Part shown: positions 31,985-46,793 of the stretch, piece after piece
Layout of the letters: the number at the start of each line of letters is the position of its first letter
Numbering within the stretch: position 1 is the first letter of the stretch
Origin: Paraspadella gotoi
Lineage: Eukaryota; Animalia; Chaetognatha
Assembly (NCBI GenBank): GCA_051294375.1
Contig: CM119264.1
Location: 9,807,907-9,871,906 of the forward strand
Reading direction: 5' to 3'
DNA: 64,000 nucleotides
Position numbers and translations under genes: made by a program
The notes under the pieces: model-generated
The model's input: only the letters and a program-made list of their open reading frames with translations
Database searches by the model: none
What the model was told of the DNA's origin: nothing

Positions 31985-33687
31985 CTTTGTAAAAAATATT
32001 TTATGTGTGTATTTTGGATCTTGTTACAAGCGTTTTGTTATTTTTCTTACGTGTTTTGGAAGCAAGGTACCAGGTGAACCATAACAATTATCGCGAAAGA
32101 AAATGATTTTGGTTCATTTTTAGATTCTACAGTAGAGTGATGTGAAAATGATAAAATTTTAGAAAATTAAAATTTAGCATATAAAACATGAAAATAAAAA
32201 AAAAACTTTTGTAAATTTATTTTAAAATTTTATACGTTGGTGGGCACCAGTGAGCTATATTTATATATAGTATTAAGTATATAATAGGCTAAAATTTCAA
32301 ATTGCAAATTTTAAAATTTTAAGATCGGATTTGGATTCCTTACAAAAAGTTAACATAAGAAAGTATAATTCTTTTTTAAAAATTATTTCATTAAGTTGGT
32401 TAAAAATGTAAAAAAATTATATTTAAGATGCCAATTTTTATTTTCTGGTTTAAAAATATAGTTTTTTTTTATAGTTTTAACCTACTTAATGACATAATTT
32501 TTAAAAAAGATTTATAGTTTCTTTTAATAACTTTTAACGAGGAATCCTAATCTGTTCTCAGAATTAAAAAAAAAAACATTTTAAAATTTTGACATTATAT
32601 AAGGGTAGTACTAAATACAAAATAAGCTGACTGGGCTACTATATTTGTAAAAAAAGAAAAATAACTACAGATTAGTATTTACTAATATGATAGTTTTCAA
32701 GATATAACTGCTAAATTTTGATTCCAAACTTTCACTTCACCCTATTCTACAGGTTTTATTATGTGATACTTTTCAATAGTTTTTTTTTTTTAGAACAATG
32801 AAAAAAAAAAGTTTTATCTTTTGAATGGTTTAGGCTTAACGTATCGAAGGTTAATAAGTTTTCGGTTATCCAGATTACGTGTTATAGGGACAGAAATTAT
32901 GTAGCTACTGAGGATCTAAAATTTTTAGCTAATCATATATTTTGAGAGGGAGGAGACGAACCCTGAGTAACTTTGGTGCTCTAAATTAGAGAGAAAAATA
33001 CCGGATCAAAAAACAAGTTTTTATACTTAAAAGTTTAGTGACCCTAAAAGAATTTAGGTTAGGCTTTTTGCTAATTCGAACTTAAGGGAACCCAGTNNNN
33101 NNNNNNGTCCCCTTAAAAAAGTAAAGAAATATTTTGTACTTAAAAAAAAAAGAAAGAACGAGAACAGTGAACAAAAGGGGAAAAAAATTAAAGAAAGAAA
33201 GAAAAAAGTAATAAAAGAAATGGAGTAAGAAATTTATCGAGAGAAAACCGAAAATAAATTTTTAAAAATAAAAATAAATATAAAAAATAATTTGATGTAA
33301 AAATAAAAAAGGAAAATGAAGCAAGAAAAAAATTATAAAAGGAACAGAGCAAATTAGAAAAAAGGAGTATTACGGGGGAAAATGTAAAAACTCACAAACT
33401 ACAATCCCGATACATGTGAACTACCACTTTAAATATAGAATAGACAACAGGATGCCTTAAGTGTCTAGCCTGTTGTAAAAATTACACACCGGCTTGCGCT
33501 TGTAAAACTGAAAAAAAATAATACGCATATTTATGAACATGTTAATTAATGAAAATTGAGGTGTTGTGGTTAAGAACAGTTCCAAAACGTAGCATTTAAC
33601 GATCGATAGTCTTTTCTTTTTCTATTTTCAATGTACAATTTATTACGTTTTTGAGAGAATTTATATTTATACACATGTTCTTTTCAG

Positions 33688-36600
33688 CGAACTCAACGGT
33701 CACATCTTCTCTCTCTACGACAACGAAACCTTTCGCCCTCTGCTGGAACTGAAGCTCCAGCACAACCGGACGATCCTTTCTCGGCGCCGGGATCAGTTTT
33801 GGCGCCGGAAATCGTTTTCCCTCAGGTCTAGTCGAGTTAATCATGATAGTCTATGATTGAACTGCAGCTTTGAGAATTATATATTATAAATTAATTATTA
33901 CATTATTTCAATAAAATTATCAAATTAAACAGAACAAAATCGGCATCTGGCGTTTCTCCGCTTGCTGTACAACCGGCGTCGTTCGAAGGTCACCGTTTAC
34001 TTAGACGCCATTCGATTAAGTCCCGACCTGACTTTGCGGGTAAGGGGATGGTTCGTGGTCACATCACTGGTCACATCAGTGGGGAAGATTTGTTTGCTTA
34101 ATTAATTATAAACGTTCCGATAATAACCATCTCTCCAATTTTTTCCTATTCATCGCAGAAAGATAGACGGCGGACGCTTCCGCGGAATGTTCAACGCAAT
34201 AGTCTTCGGAAGTGATGGAGAACGTCAGTTACCATTTTTATCTCTACTTACATATACAGATTATATAATATATATATGTATATTATGTAACTAAAACGAC
34301 GTTGTTTAGTTAATAGATTAAATTAGATAAATATCAAGTCTCTAAAATCAAACAGGAATCGTTCGTTGTTCGTCCGATAGCGATTGCTCCGCCTTCATTC
34401 CCGATTCATTTGCCAAATCGAATGTGCGATCGAAAGTCAGGAAAATGCAAAGGAAAGTTATAATCTTAAAATGTTCGGATAAGTTAAACAATGAAAATCA
34501 AATTACAGTAAATGTTATGGGTAAAGGCCTGGATTTAGTACAATTTCCTTAATTTTTCTTCTCTTGCTTCTCACCAAGAGAGAACGAGATGTCAATCGGT
34601 TTCCCGAAAAGTGGTCCGCCTTTGTGATGAAGATCATCCGGTTTGTGTCACGGATGAAGCCGGAAGTGGAACGAGAAGTGGAACCGGAACTGTAATTAGA
34701 GCCGGATTTTATGCGCGGATGTTGAACGCAGAGAAACGACGAAAGTCTCGGGAGAAAACGGACTCTGTTATGGTATCGCTTTAAGATTGTATTTGATTTA
34801 TATTTTCCCTCATTATATTACATTTTTATTTTAAATTTTATTTTTGAGAATGTCTCTCCGACTCCGATTGCCATCGACGTGGGGTCAAAAACTGCGCTGC
34901 GATTCCCCTCTCACGTCAGTGCACCTCCAAAGGTCAGAATAATGAGATGAGATCTTATAAAAAAAAAGAAATTGAAAGTAAAAATATCAAAAACAACCAA
35001 ATCACCTGTCTTATGACGAAACCATGAAAACGCTTTTGCCAAAGGTGGGAAACGAGATTAATATCGAAAGAGCTTCCTAATAAAAATTCTTGTCAAAAAG
35101 GAAATCGAAAATTTGTCTTTTGCTTTTCTTTTTCTCTTTTATTTTCCGCAGATGTTGAAAACCGAAAAAGAAGATGAGACAGAGATTATATTCATTTCTC
35201 TTTCGATTCATTTCTTCAGGGGAAAAAATGAAACATGAAAGAAAGAAATGAAAAACATAAAAAAATTGAAGTTAAAAAAAAAAAGAAAAAAAAGAACAAC
35301 CAAAAAAAATAAAGAAAAGAAATCGCGTTGATTGGATATCGGAAAATTTGGGCGACAAAAAGGCGGACAGAAAAAAAGTAGAACCGATAATCCGTCTCTT
35401 GTTTTCCTTGATTTTTATGGGTTTCTGTTTTTTTGGTTTTTTTTGTTGTTTTTTTGCCAATTTTTGGTCCTGCTGATTATTGAAAAAAACTTATGTACCT
35501 CCACAAATCGAAGTTATATATAGGTCTCTTTCTTTCTATGCCCTCTTCCTCTACCTCCCCTCGTCCTCTTTCTCCATCCCTTCAGCCAATCTCCTCTCAA
35601 CCTCGGCTATCACCCCCACCTCGCTCGGCCGCATGGGACTTCAAGACCCCCTCCGTCTCATCGACGGGGCATTGGGCGACGACGACGACGAAGACTCCCG
35701 TCGCGCTTGCTTCTCCACGGCGCTGGAAGACGGTCCGTGGGTGAGGGCGGACTTGGGGGCCGAGGCGGTGGTGTTCGGCGTCACCCTCGTCGGTCTGGAG
35801 GACGAGTCGACGCCGCTCAGGGTTAAAGTGGGCGTGGACGACGTCTTTGTCGGTGAGGAAGGAAGGGAAGGAAGGAAAGGAAAGAAAAGAAGGAAAGCAA
35901 TGAAGGAAGGAAGAAGGAAGGAAAAAAGAAAATAGAAAATAATGGTACGAATAAACGTTACCAAAAATATTTTAAAAAACTAAAACAAATTTTTAAAAAT
36001 ATAAATTATAAAACTTAAAAAAACAGACGAAAAAAAAACTGTAAATTATCGTAACCCCGTCAAGGAAACGCGGCAAAAAATTGCGGCTCAGATGTCGTCT
36101 ACGCTGAACCCACTTTGTACGTGGCCTGCGGTTCTCCCTTGACCGGACGGTACGTGTGGCTCTTTAACCCTTTTGCCAAAAAGAGACTCTCCTTGTGCGA
36201 ACTCAAAATTCACGCCTCCACGGGTGAGTTTCTCTCTACCATCCCATTTCCAGTGTCTTCAATGTAACGATGTAATGTGCTGCCCCGAAAATGGATTGAC
36301 TAATATTCATAAAAGATTTGAGGCCTTAGAAAGTACTAAAACTAAATGAATTATTTTAATTAAANNNNNNNNNNCGCGTTGTAGTGATTTTGTTGAGAAA
36401 ATATTCGCGAGTACCGCAGTTTGTATTTATAAGCAAAGCGAGATGGGACGCCATGTTGCGCTGAAATTCCATTACATCCGTCGCACCATGGTGTCGGCGC
36501 GAGACGGATCGAGCGAAGCAATATGCAGTATTAGGCGCTTAAAATTTAAACGCGTGTACATGACGTGATTTAACCAAAGTAAACAAACGATAAACTTTAA

Positions 36601-39600
36601 ACGAGAGTTCGTTCAGAAACGACGCGGAGAATTTTCCCTCGACTGTCATTTAAATTTCGAACGACGGAACTTCGAGCAAACGTTTTCTCTCCGTCTGTTG
36701 TCTCGTGGCAAAAAATATTTTTCTCTTATTTAGCTTCGTTTTGAAAAGTTTATGTTTTTGTATCAACGCTGACACCCTTCCAGGACCCGATTCCCCGATA
36801 ACTCTGACGACTAGTTCTCGCGGCGCCGGCCCTCTCGCGGACCCGCGCCGACTTCACGACGGCGCCGTGCCGGGAAGCGCGCCGTTTTTTCTTCCTGTGG
36901 AGCGCGTCTGTTTTCGAACCGACAATGGAACAGACAACGCCATCGTCTTCGACTTAGGCCGACGACGGCGTCTCGATCGAATCGCCGTTTTCGCGGCGTC
37001 GACGGCGCTGAAGAGAAAGTCGGCGCCTTTCATCGTGAAAGTGGGAGACGAGGATGACGTCGGCGTCGCTCAACCGTGTCGCCGGGAGACGCCGCCGCAG
37101 ACAGAGTCTTCAACGCCGCTGACGGCGACTACATCCGTCGCGTCCGAACTTCTGTTGTTCTCTTGTTTCTCCGAGGCAAAGTTCGTCTTCGTCCAAAGTC
37201 TCGCGACGACGAAATCGTCGCTCGATCTTTGCGAAGTCGTCGTTGAATCCGACTACTGCGCTGCAGCGTCTGACTGCGAGGATCCTCGGCGGCCGATTTG
37301 TTCGGCGGAGGCGGAGAGATGCGTAGGTGGGCATGTGAGGGGCTGGGCTTTTAGTGTGATTGGCTTTGCTGCTTTGCTTTAAAAAAATACAATAAACGAA
37401 GGCATAAAATACGTTTCACGTGTTTTGGTGGTACTGTACTGTAGATGTAGTTCTTCTAATGTACGTAATAATATTGGTATTTGTTTTCTATCAGGTCTTT
37501 CTGTTTAACACAGGACGGGCCCTTGGACTAGAAGAGCTGCGGCGCAGCAGTGGTCGGCGGGCTGCGACACAACATATTGGAGCGGCATTTGCGGAGCGCG
37601 AGATAAAGCAAAGGAGGTAGATGAGAGAGATCGCAAAGTATCGCATCTCATCTATACTGACTGCAGATCGAGGCACGAGAGAAGAGAGATCTATGTAGGA
37701 GAGCGAGGCGACGGCGTATCGCAGACGTGGGGGCGCCAGCAAGATGTACGAGAAAAAGGACATCAGTACATCAGGTAATCTCAGAGGAGATGCACACTCC
37801 CGGTAGGGGCGCCATGTTGTAGCTCAAGTCACGGGTCGTGTGCATCCACGCTCAGTCCTGCAATCAAACATGAAAACCGTCACAGCAGTCACTCGAAGCG
37901 GCATCATCGCAAGGCAGTGGTCTCAGCAGCGGTCTCTCTCTTGGCAGCCTACCGTCTCAACTCTCCTTGCTTCTCGTGCCTCGTCAAGTCACCGGGGGTC
38001 TCGTAACAGGAGATCCGATCAGAGAGACGAGTCTCTGAACGAAATAAGCAAAAAGTAAAGTACTCGAATAGAGTCTCTCCAGTCTAATCGATCGACACGC
38101 TCATGAGTGGAGGTAGCCCGTCGCGTCACTTCCGTCAGGCAATGGATAAACGGCAATCTCGGAAAGAACAAAGAGAAGACAAACAAAACTCGTCGGCGAG
38201 GACGTAGACGTGAAAGATCGGAGACGAACAGAACAGGAAAGAGTCGGTACGCCAGAAGGTGAGACTGTCGGGGAGGAACAGAAAAGACAGAGAGAGCCAC
38301 ACAAGTCCAAGACGAAAAGTCGGGGGGAGATGCGAGTACGCGTGCAGACGTCAGATCTAGACGGACGATCGAGACTCACACAGCATCATCCTCGTTAATT
38401 TACGACTCTCGAGTCTCACTTCTCTCTCTCATCATCATCATCGATACCAATCTCCATGAAATAGTCTCCGGGGTCACTCATCTCACTGTACTCTCTCTGG
38501 GCACGAAAAGAGCCGCAAGAGCAGTTCGCACTCATATCACATTCTGGCACCTCTAGAGTGCGATACGGCGCACGCTCAAACAGCGTTTTATTGTCACGCA
38601 GAGTGACTACTCGACGTTCGCGACATTCACGAGCTATGCAAATTCGACGGTAATGTGCGCGAGTTCAGAAGCAAGAAGAGTACAGAGTAGAGAGAGTAGG
38701 ATATGCAGACAGAAGAGAGACGTAGACATGCTACGAAGAGAGAGTATGAGACGAGACGAGCAAAAGTATGAAAGACGAGTATAGAGTAGTAGTAGCCTTG
38801 CGGTCTCCCATTATATATCTCATATTCCTATAACATTATAAAGCACGCTCACTCAATACACGAATATTATGCGCGCAGCAACCTGAACGAGTAAATAAGC
38901 ACACACGCTACGCACACAATAGTGTCGCTTCCTCCTCGCAGCAAGTTTCGACCTCCTCGTAGTTCATTCATTTTTTACGACCTAAGGAGAACAAAGGAAG
39001 GAAGTCCACAATGACACTTCACAATTAGATTTTTTAGCTTGTAACGAAACAAAGTAACTCTGGTTAAAAATCTTTACCTTCAGAGACGAATCTTGTTTGT
39101 TTCTCGACGGAGAGAAAATGAATCCGACAGATGACGACATCATCATTCACGTGATCGAGGGCGACACTTTCGCAGGTGGAAAAGTGGTGGTGGTTGTGGT
39201 TTGTGGGGGTAAAGGCGTCTGTGGCAGTAGTGGTTGCTTCCTTCGTTTTTAATTGAATTCAAGTTGATATTACATATTTGCAAATAAAGAATTCTTAAAT
39301 CGCCAACTTCTCTTTCCCTTCAATCCCAATATCACATTTCCAGAGTTCCCGTCTCCAATGGTGATCACGGAATGGCGCCGCATCTTTGACGAGCCCTCCG
39401 TCGTCTGGTCTCTTATGTTCAAATTTAAAATGAGAGGCGACGTTTCCGTCGGGGAGTACAAGACGCTCGTCTACAGGTAAACGGCAATATTTATATTTGG
39501 TAATATAATAGGAAATATATTTAAAATATGCCCTCCCACCAGTGGCGCCTCCTTCGACCGCGCGGACGGCACCAACCTCATCCTCCGACTCCGAACTCTC

Positions 39601-42195
39601 TTCGCCTCCAACGCGGCGTCGACGCCGACGTTGAAGCTTCACGTGGAGATGAAGACGGACGAATCGGCGCCCAACGCCCCGCCCTTTCGATCCTACGTCC
39701 CCTTGGCGGTCGTGAGTCAAAGGGGAACATTATCCAAACATAATAATCACATANNNNNNNNNNNNNNNNNNNNNNNNNAGAAGAGAGTCTGTTGAAAGCT
39801 TGCAGACCTGCTATGGTCATTATCTTGTAAGAGAGATGGAGGGCCTTAAACCACCAAAGCTTCCGAGAAGTCGAGGGGGCAGAGGAAGAAAAAAAAAGAT
39901 GTAAACCCCCCGCCCCCCCCCCCCCCCCCCCTAAATTTATTGAAAGGTGAGATGGAATAATTTTTATATTGGTTGTACCAATTTTCAGAATAAAAGTGTC
40001 AAAGCTCGCTTGTAAGTTTGATGCTATGCGTGAGGTAGCAGATAAGTAGATTCCACGAATCTAATACTTAAGGGAGTGGGGTCTTTTCATACAACTTGAA
40101 ACATTTTTGAATATATACTACTTCATATAATATGATAGGGAAGCTCAGGTACTCTGGGAGTGAATAAACGAGACCTGTGAGAGAGTCTTGGATTGAAAGC
40201 TTGGCAGGGACCTGGCCTATGGATCATTATCTCTGTAAGAAGTGATGGAGCTTAAAGACCACGCAAAGCCTGTTCCAAATCAGGGGCAAGATAGCGCTAA
40301 TTTTATTAAATGAGATGGACTAAATTTATTATATTTGGTTGTAACCAAGTTTCATAATGATAATTTGAATTGTTAGGCCAATTTCTTCAAGAATGATAAT
40401 AATAATAGATAATGAATAGTAGATAATTAATAATGAAGTAAAATAATATAATAATAATAATGAATAATAAATAATAATAAATAATAATTAATAATCTCTT
40501 TCGAAGCTTAAACCAAGCGTCTTTTATCTGTCGGCTAACTTAAGCCGCCCGACTTGAACCTAGGGAGGCGCGTCAGAATGCGGATGGCGTGTCACCGAGT
40601 CGGGTCGTGAGAATACGGAACGCCACCCGAGAATAAAATCGTTTACTACGGTGGGGGTCGTCGTCATCGTCGTCCTCGTCGGTCGATGCGGCGGATGCGT
40701 CGGATCGTCGGACCCCCCCGCACCCCCCCCCCCCCCCCCGCACCGCTCGGCGTACGTCGGCGTCGTCAATCGGTGCCGTGGGTCAGGGTCGAGGGTAGAA
40801 AGAAGAAGGTAGTGTTTGAATGGAAGGAAAGAATCGAAAATAGAAGGTAAGGGACAGGGAAGGAAGTGTTCGAATGATTCAAGAGTTCAAGTTCAATTTT
40901 GAGATAGATATAGGAGTACGACTAATTGAATTGAAATAAGGATTAGATAATTAGATTAAAGAGAAGAGAATCAGTAGAGAACTCTCCTTGTCAGGAGAGG
41001 GTTTATTTAAATTAATTTAAGCAAAACTAAATCTAATCCTAATCTAATTCAAAACGTAAAGTTTCGTAAACAACATGTCACGTATGTTAAGGCGACGAAA
41101 CGTACTTTTAAATAATAACCAAAAAAGATAATAAGGTACTAAACCTGCTTCCTCAGATTTTCTTCAGAAGTAAGCCTTGTAAGGATATAAAATTGTTATA
41201 GTTCCTGAAACCAAAAAAAAAAATGGTTAAAAAAATCTAGTAGGAAGAAGAAAAAGAAAGGAAAGGCGTTTTGTCGTGGAGAAAGGAAGATGAGGAAAGG
41301 CGGGTTTCGGCGAAAGCCGGAAAATGTCGTCGTCGTCGGATCTGCGTGCGAAAGGAAGAATGCTTATTTTACGATCGTGGGGCGTGGGGGAAATGCTCAC
41401 GTGGGAGGTTCAAAACGTTGGAAGAGATGGAGGGGTTGGGTGAGAGTTAAACTGCGAATGGGATTGTGAGAAAAGGAAGGGGCTAGTGTGAGAGATAGAG
41501 AGGTGTAAAATGGACAGTAGCGCGGAGCATAAATACAAAGATATGAATATAATGACGCTCTTGTGATCCGAGCTTAATTTTTTGTATTTGATATAATACT
41601 ATGCCGCCAAGATAAAAAAAATGAAAATTCCGTTGTATTCGCTCAATTTTCCCTTGTTCTCTATCGATTTTAAAAAAAGCAATTTGAATAGCAAAAAAAT
41701 TGATAAAAATAGCAAAATTTGATTGATCAAAGAAAGCTGGTATAAAATGCACTTTTAAAAAGTGACAATAATAGTTAAAAAAACAAAAGAATTTAAACCC
41801 GTTTTCATCGCATAAGATAATTAAAAAAAATCTGTTTTATGAGTAAATATTGGAGTGATTCTAAAAGATAAGTAAATTTCCGCATAAAAAATTGTGAAAA
41901 AAATTAAGAAAAATAGAAAATAATGTACGCAAGGCCACGATAACGCAGTCAATATCCTTTTTAAAAGCTATAAAAGCTTTTAGTAGCTAGCATTAAACTT
42001 ATATACAGCTTTATATATAAAGCCTTAACCAAAAAAGTTAGATATTAGATTGAACTTACCAATAAGCCTTACCCATTACCACTGCTCCCTCCCTTTCCGT
42101 AGATCGCTTTTTTTAATCAAATAATAGAAAAAAAATTCGCATTGAAAATATCGTTTTAAATAAAGAACTACTCTGATTCTTTTTTTTTGTTTTTT

Positions 42196-42274
<79 letters not shown>

Positions 42275-45200
42275 CTGTTAAAAAGTATTAGTACAATTAA
42301 TAATAAAACAATAATAATAATAATAATTATGAATAATAAATTAATAATAAATGAAACTATAACAATTAGAAATAGGCAAAATTAATTTTAGATCAGAAGA
42401 GTGTTTTATCACTATTTTTCATAAACCTTGTACAAATTTTTGTTTAGACATTTTGTTGGCTCATTTTAGTCTGTATAAAGCAAGGCTGGTTAATTTCTTA
42501 CAAGATAAATAGAATATAATCCTAAATTGCTATTGACGCATGGTGGCGGCGTGGGTGGGCATAGGCTATAGGGAGAAAAAGAGCTCGACGTCAAGACGGG
42601 GCCGTGGATGTCGATAATCGCGCATCTGACTTTGGCCGCAGTGTGTTCTCGAGGAGAAAGGAAAGCTCTGATTCCAACTCACTCTCACTCTCACGCTTGC
42701 AGGGATCCGGGCGGTTTGCAGAGTCGCTTCGTCAAGAAAAATGGTTTTTGCAAAAGTCTCGGTGACTTTAATGCTCCGCTGAGTGTAAAAGACGAGAATT
42801 TCCCGTAAGGTCTCAACGATTTTATTCTCGGTGACAGAACGTGGCAAATACAGTGACAATAACGTGACAAAAATAAGTTGCGAAAACCCGTAAAGAATAA
42901 CTGTTTTCGGACGGAGGCAAGCGACTTTCGCAGAAAAGAGGTGGTTTCTTAAAACGACTAAAAAGTTCTGTCATAAAAATTAAATAGAAAATAACAACGT
43001 TTAAAGAATGACGCAACGTTAATAAATCGGGCGCGAGATTGAGAGAGAGAAAAAATGACCGTAAAAAAATGATAGCGAAAAACGAGGCGAATTTCATCTT
43101 CAAGTCTCTCTCATCTTTGCTCAACTTTAAACTTGCCAACTTTTTGGAATTCAAACGACAAATATGCACTGATGAAGGAACAAAATGACGTGCCCGAAAC
43201 ATGTTCGTGCAAATAATAAAAAAATTGTGTGTGGAAAATCCAAATTTTTGTTTTATGTTGAAATGTATCTCGATTATAAAATATTTTAATGGATCAAAAC
43301 ATTAAGTAAACTACGATGGATAATCCGGACAGAAACGATTTGTGAAGCCCACTGGTGCGGTGCTTGTTGGAATAAGTTCGAGCCCCATCCCTGTGAGCAA
43401 GCGAATGCTTAGGGCCTTGAGCGCCCAAAAGGCCAGGGCTAGATGGAAAGATGGGAGAGTTGGAGATCTTTAAGCCAAAACAACTCTGATCTGTGGAAAT
43501 ACCAGTTTCATTTTACGTAATTTTAGATTGGTGTTAAAGAGTGTTTTGTTTTCACTGCTTAGTTGTTTTTTAAATTACAGTTTATACAATTTTCAAAGAT
43601 AATAAGAAAGATGTTTTTAACATTTACTAGACCATAAATTTTGATTAGAATTTTAAATAAACCTCTGCTGACTCTGTTCTTTAAATCTCCATACTCAATA
43701 AAGATGGATAAAGAAAAAAAGAATTCAACTTTACTAATAGGCAAAAATAGTGTGAGTCGCCACCGTGGGTGAAATGCTTGATTGCCTTTATATCATAATC
43801 AAAACATTTTAATAATTTTATTTTTCTTTTTTGTTTATATTATAAAAATTGTTTTTAAATACCATTTGAATTAAATAAATCAGATCCCATAAATTTATTT
43901 AGTTTCTAATCGCCTTATTTTTTATTATTTCGCTTTATTTTTGTGGTTCATAAATAATGAAAAAAACTTTATATATTTAATTAGATTAAAAGTAATTTTT
44001 TACAAATGGAACAACAGTTATATTATCTCCTTATTTGATTATTTAATATAATATATGTTGTATTACAAACTATCTGATTACATCATGCTTTTCCTATTAT
44101 TTTGAATTTTTTGTATTTATTCTCAAAAAAAATAATCAATTTTTTAATAATATTATGCTAAAAACATTAATTATAAATATCATTACAGTTTCATTATATT
44201 CTAGTTATAGTTGAAAAAGACGTTTTAAATACTTGTATTTAAGCTATATTTTATAAAAATTAATTATTACTACCACTTTTATTATAATTTTTTAAATTGA
44301 TATTTTTTCCAGATTTTTTTGCAATCTTGATCGCATTATAAAATGCGATAGAACCGGGAAAATGTGGCCAAAAACGCCGGAATTTTTAATTTGTTGATCT
44401 CTAAGGATAGTTTTAAGCATGTGTTTTCAAAAAATTAGGAGGGCACATAGACTGTCTTGCTTAATTATTTCTTGTATTTATACTACCGGAACGCACATGG
44501 AGCAGTCAATTGGAATTTAAGTGAAGTTAAAGATATATAGTAGAGAAGCGGTTTCAAACTCAAGCGAAATAAAGCGAAAAAAAATGGTATAAACTGATAC
44601 ATGCAATGTTTTTGGCTGAATTTATGGGGAAAAAATGAAGAAAAGAAAATTACAGACAAAGAATGATATTAAGAAAAAAAGAAAAAATAAAGAAAAAATG
44701 GGAGAGAGAAAAAATAAAGGTATAGATAGTAATTTCTGCAATCACTATATGTTTTTTCCTTTTTTTTTTTTAATCGCAAATAACCATGATTCCATTCAAT
44801 TTCCTAGCAGCTCGACCTCGATCAAACCCTTTTTTCCGACCGGGTCCGTAGTCGTACCGTCGTCGTAAGTCGCTGTCGTCGTCGTCGTCGTCGAGTCGTC
44901 AGTCCGTGAGAGTTGACGGCCAAGGAAAAAAAAATGTTCCGACCCAATAATCTCAAATTCTCCTCGATCGTTTTTAATCGCCTTCCTTTCCTCTCTCGCC
45001 TGTCTTTTTTTTTGTTTTTTTCTTTCTTTCTTATTCTTTCATTCTTTTAATTATCTTCCTTCCTTCTTCTTTTTGTTCTGTTTTTATATTTTCTTTCTTT
45101 GCTTATTCTTTCTTTCTTTCTTTCTTAAGTCTTTCTTTACTTTATCGTTATCTTAACTATCTTTCGTTTCTTATTCTTGTCTTTCTTCTCATCTTAATGG

Positions 45201-45496
45201 TTCTTTCCCTATTGTACTTACTATACCTATAATTAATCATTTTCACACTTACCTTTTTTTTATTCAATTTCATCTCCCACCTCACCTTCTGCTCCCTACT
45301 TCTCCTCATTAATAATAATAATAATAATTTCTTTCGTAGCTTAACCAACTTCTTTTATCTGTCCGGCTAACTTACCCCGACTTACCTCAGGGCGGCGCGT
45401 CAACGGATGGCGTTCACCGAGTCGTCGTGGAATACGACGCCACCGAGAATAAAATCGTTTACTACGTGGGGTCGTCGTCATCGTCGTCCTCGTCGT

Positions 45497-45563
<67 letters not shown>

Positions 45564-46553
45564 ATCGGTGCCGTGGGTCAGGGTCGAGGGTAAAGAGAAG
45601 GTAAGTGTTATGGAGAAAAGATCGAAAATAGAAGGTAAGTGACAGGGAGGAAAGTTTCGAATGATTCAAGAGTCAATTCAATTTTGAGATAATATTAGGC
45701 GACGACTAATTATTAATAAATAAATAATTAATAAAGAGAGAAATCATAGAACTCTCCTTTTTCAGAGAGTTTAATTTAATTAATTTAACAAAATCTAATC
45801 TAATCTAATCTAATTCAAACTAAATTTCGTAACAACGTTCACTAATGTAAGCGACGAAAACGTACTTTTAAATATAACCAAAAAAAAATAATAAATAACT
45901 AACGCTCTTCCTCAGTATTTCTTCAAAGTAAGCCTTTGTAGGATTAAAATGTTATATTCCTAACCAAAAAAAAAAAATGGTTAAAAAAATCTAGAGAAAA
46001 GAAAAAGAAAGAAAGCGTTTGTCTGAGAGCAGATGAGAAAGGCGGGTTCGGCGAAAGCGGAATGTCGTCGTCGTCGATCTGCGTGCGAAGGAAGATGCTT
46101 ATTTACGATCGTGGGGCGTGGGGGAAATGCCTCAAGTGGGAGGTTCACGTGAAGAGATGGAGGGGTTGGTGAGAGTTAAACTGGAGGGATTTGAGAAAAA
46201 GGGGCTGTGTGAGAGATAGAGTGTAAATGGACAGTCAATTGAATTTAAGTGAAGTTAAAGATTAAGTAGAGAAGCGGTTTCAAAACTCAAGCGAAATAAA
46301 GCGAAAAATGGTATAACTGATACATGCATGTTTTGGCTGAATTATGGGGAAAAATGAGAAAAAAATTACAGACAAAGAATGTAAGAAAAAAAGAATAAAA
46401 ATGGGAGAAAAAAATAAGTATAAGTAATTTCTGCCATCACTTATGTTTTTTCCTTTTTTTTTTATCGAATAACCATGATTCCATTCAATTTCCTAGCGCC
46501 GCCCTCGATCACCCTTTTTCGACCGGGTCGTCGTCGTCGTCGTCGTCGTCGCT

Positions 46554-46585
<32 letters not shown>

Positions 46586-46737
46586 TGACGCCAGGAAAAA
46601 AAATGTTCCGACCCATAAATCTCAAATTCTCCTCTCGTTTTTATCCTTCCTTTCCTCTCTCGCCTGTCTTTTTTTTGTTTTTTCTTTCTTTCTTTCTTTC
46701 ATTCTTTATTTCTTCCTTCTTTCTTTTTTTCTTTTTT

Positions 46738-46793
<56 letters not shown>

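Noticed and set aside
37450-38950. GC-richer stretch with several short ORFs
   Set aside because: Looks like low-quality unpolished read sequence with no interpretable motifs; it probably hides exons of the mosaic gene.
39780-40370. Two similar ~200-bp segments next to a gap
   Set aside because: Noisy overlap from gap filling, not a biological repeat that can be supported.
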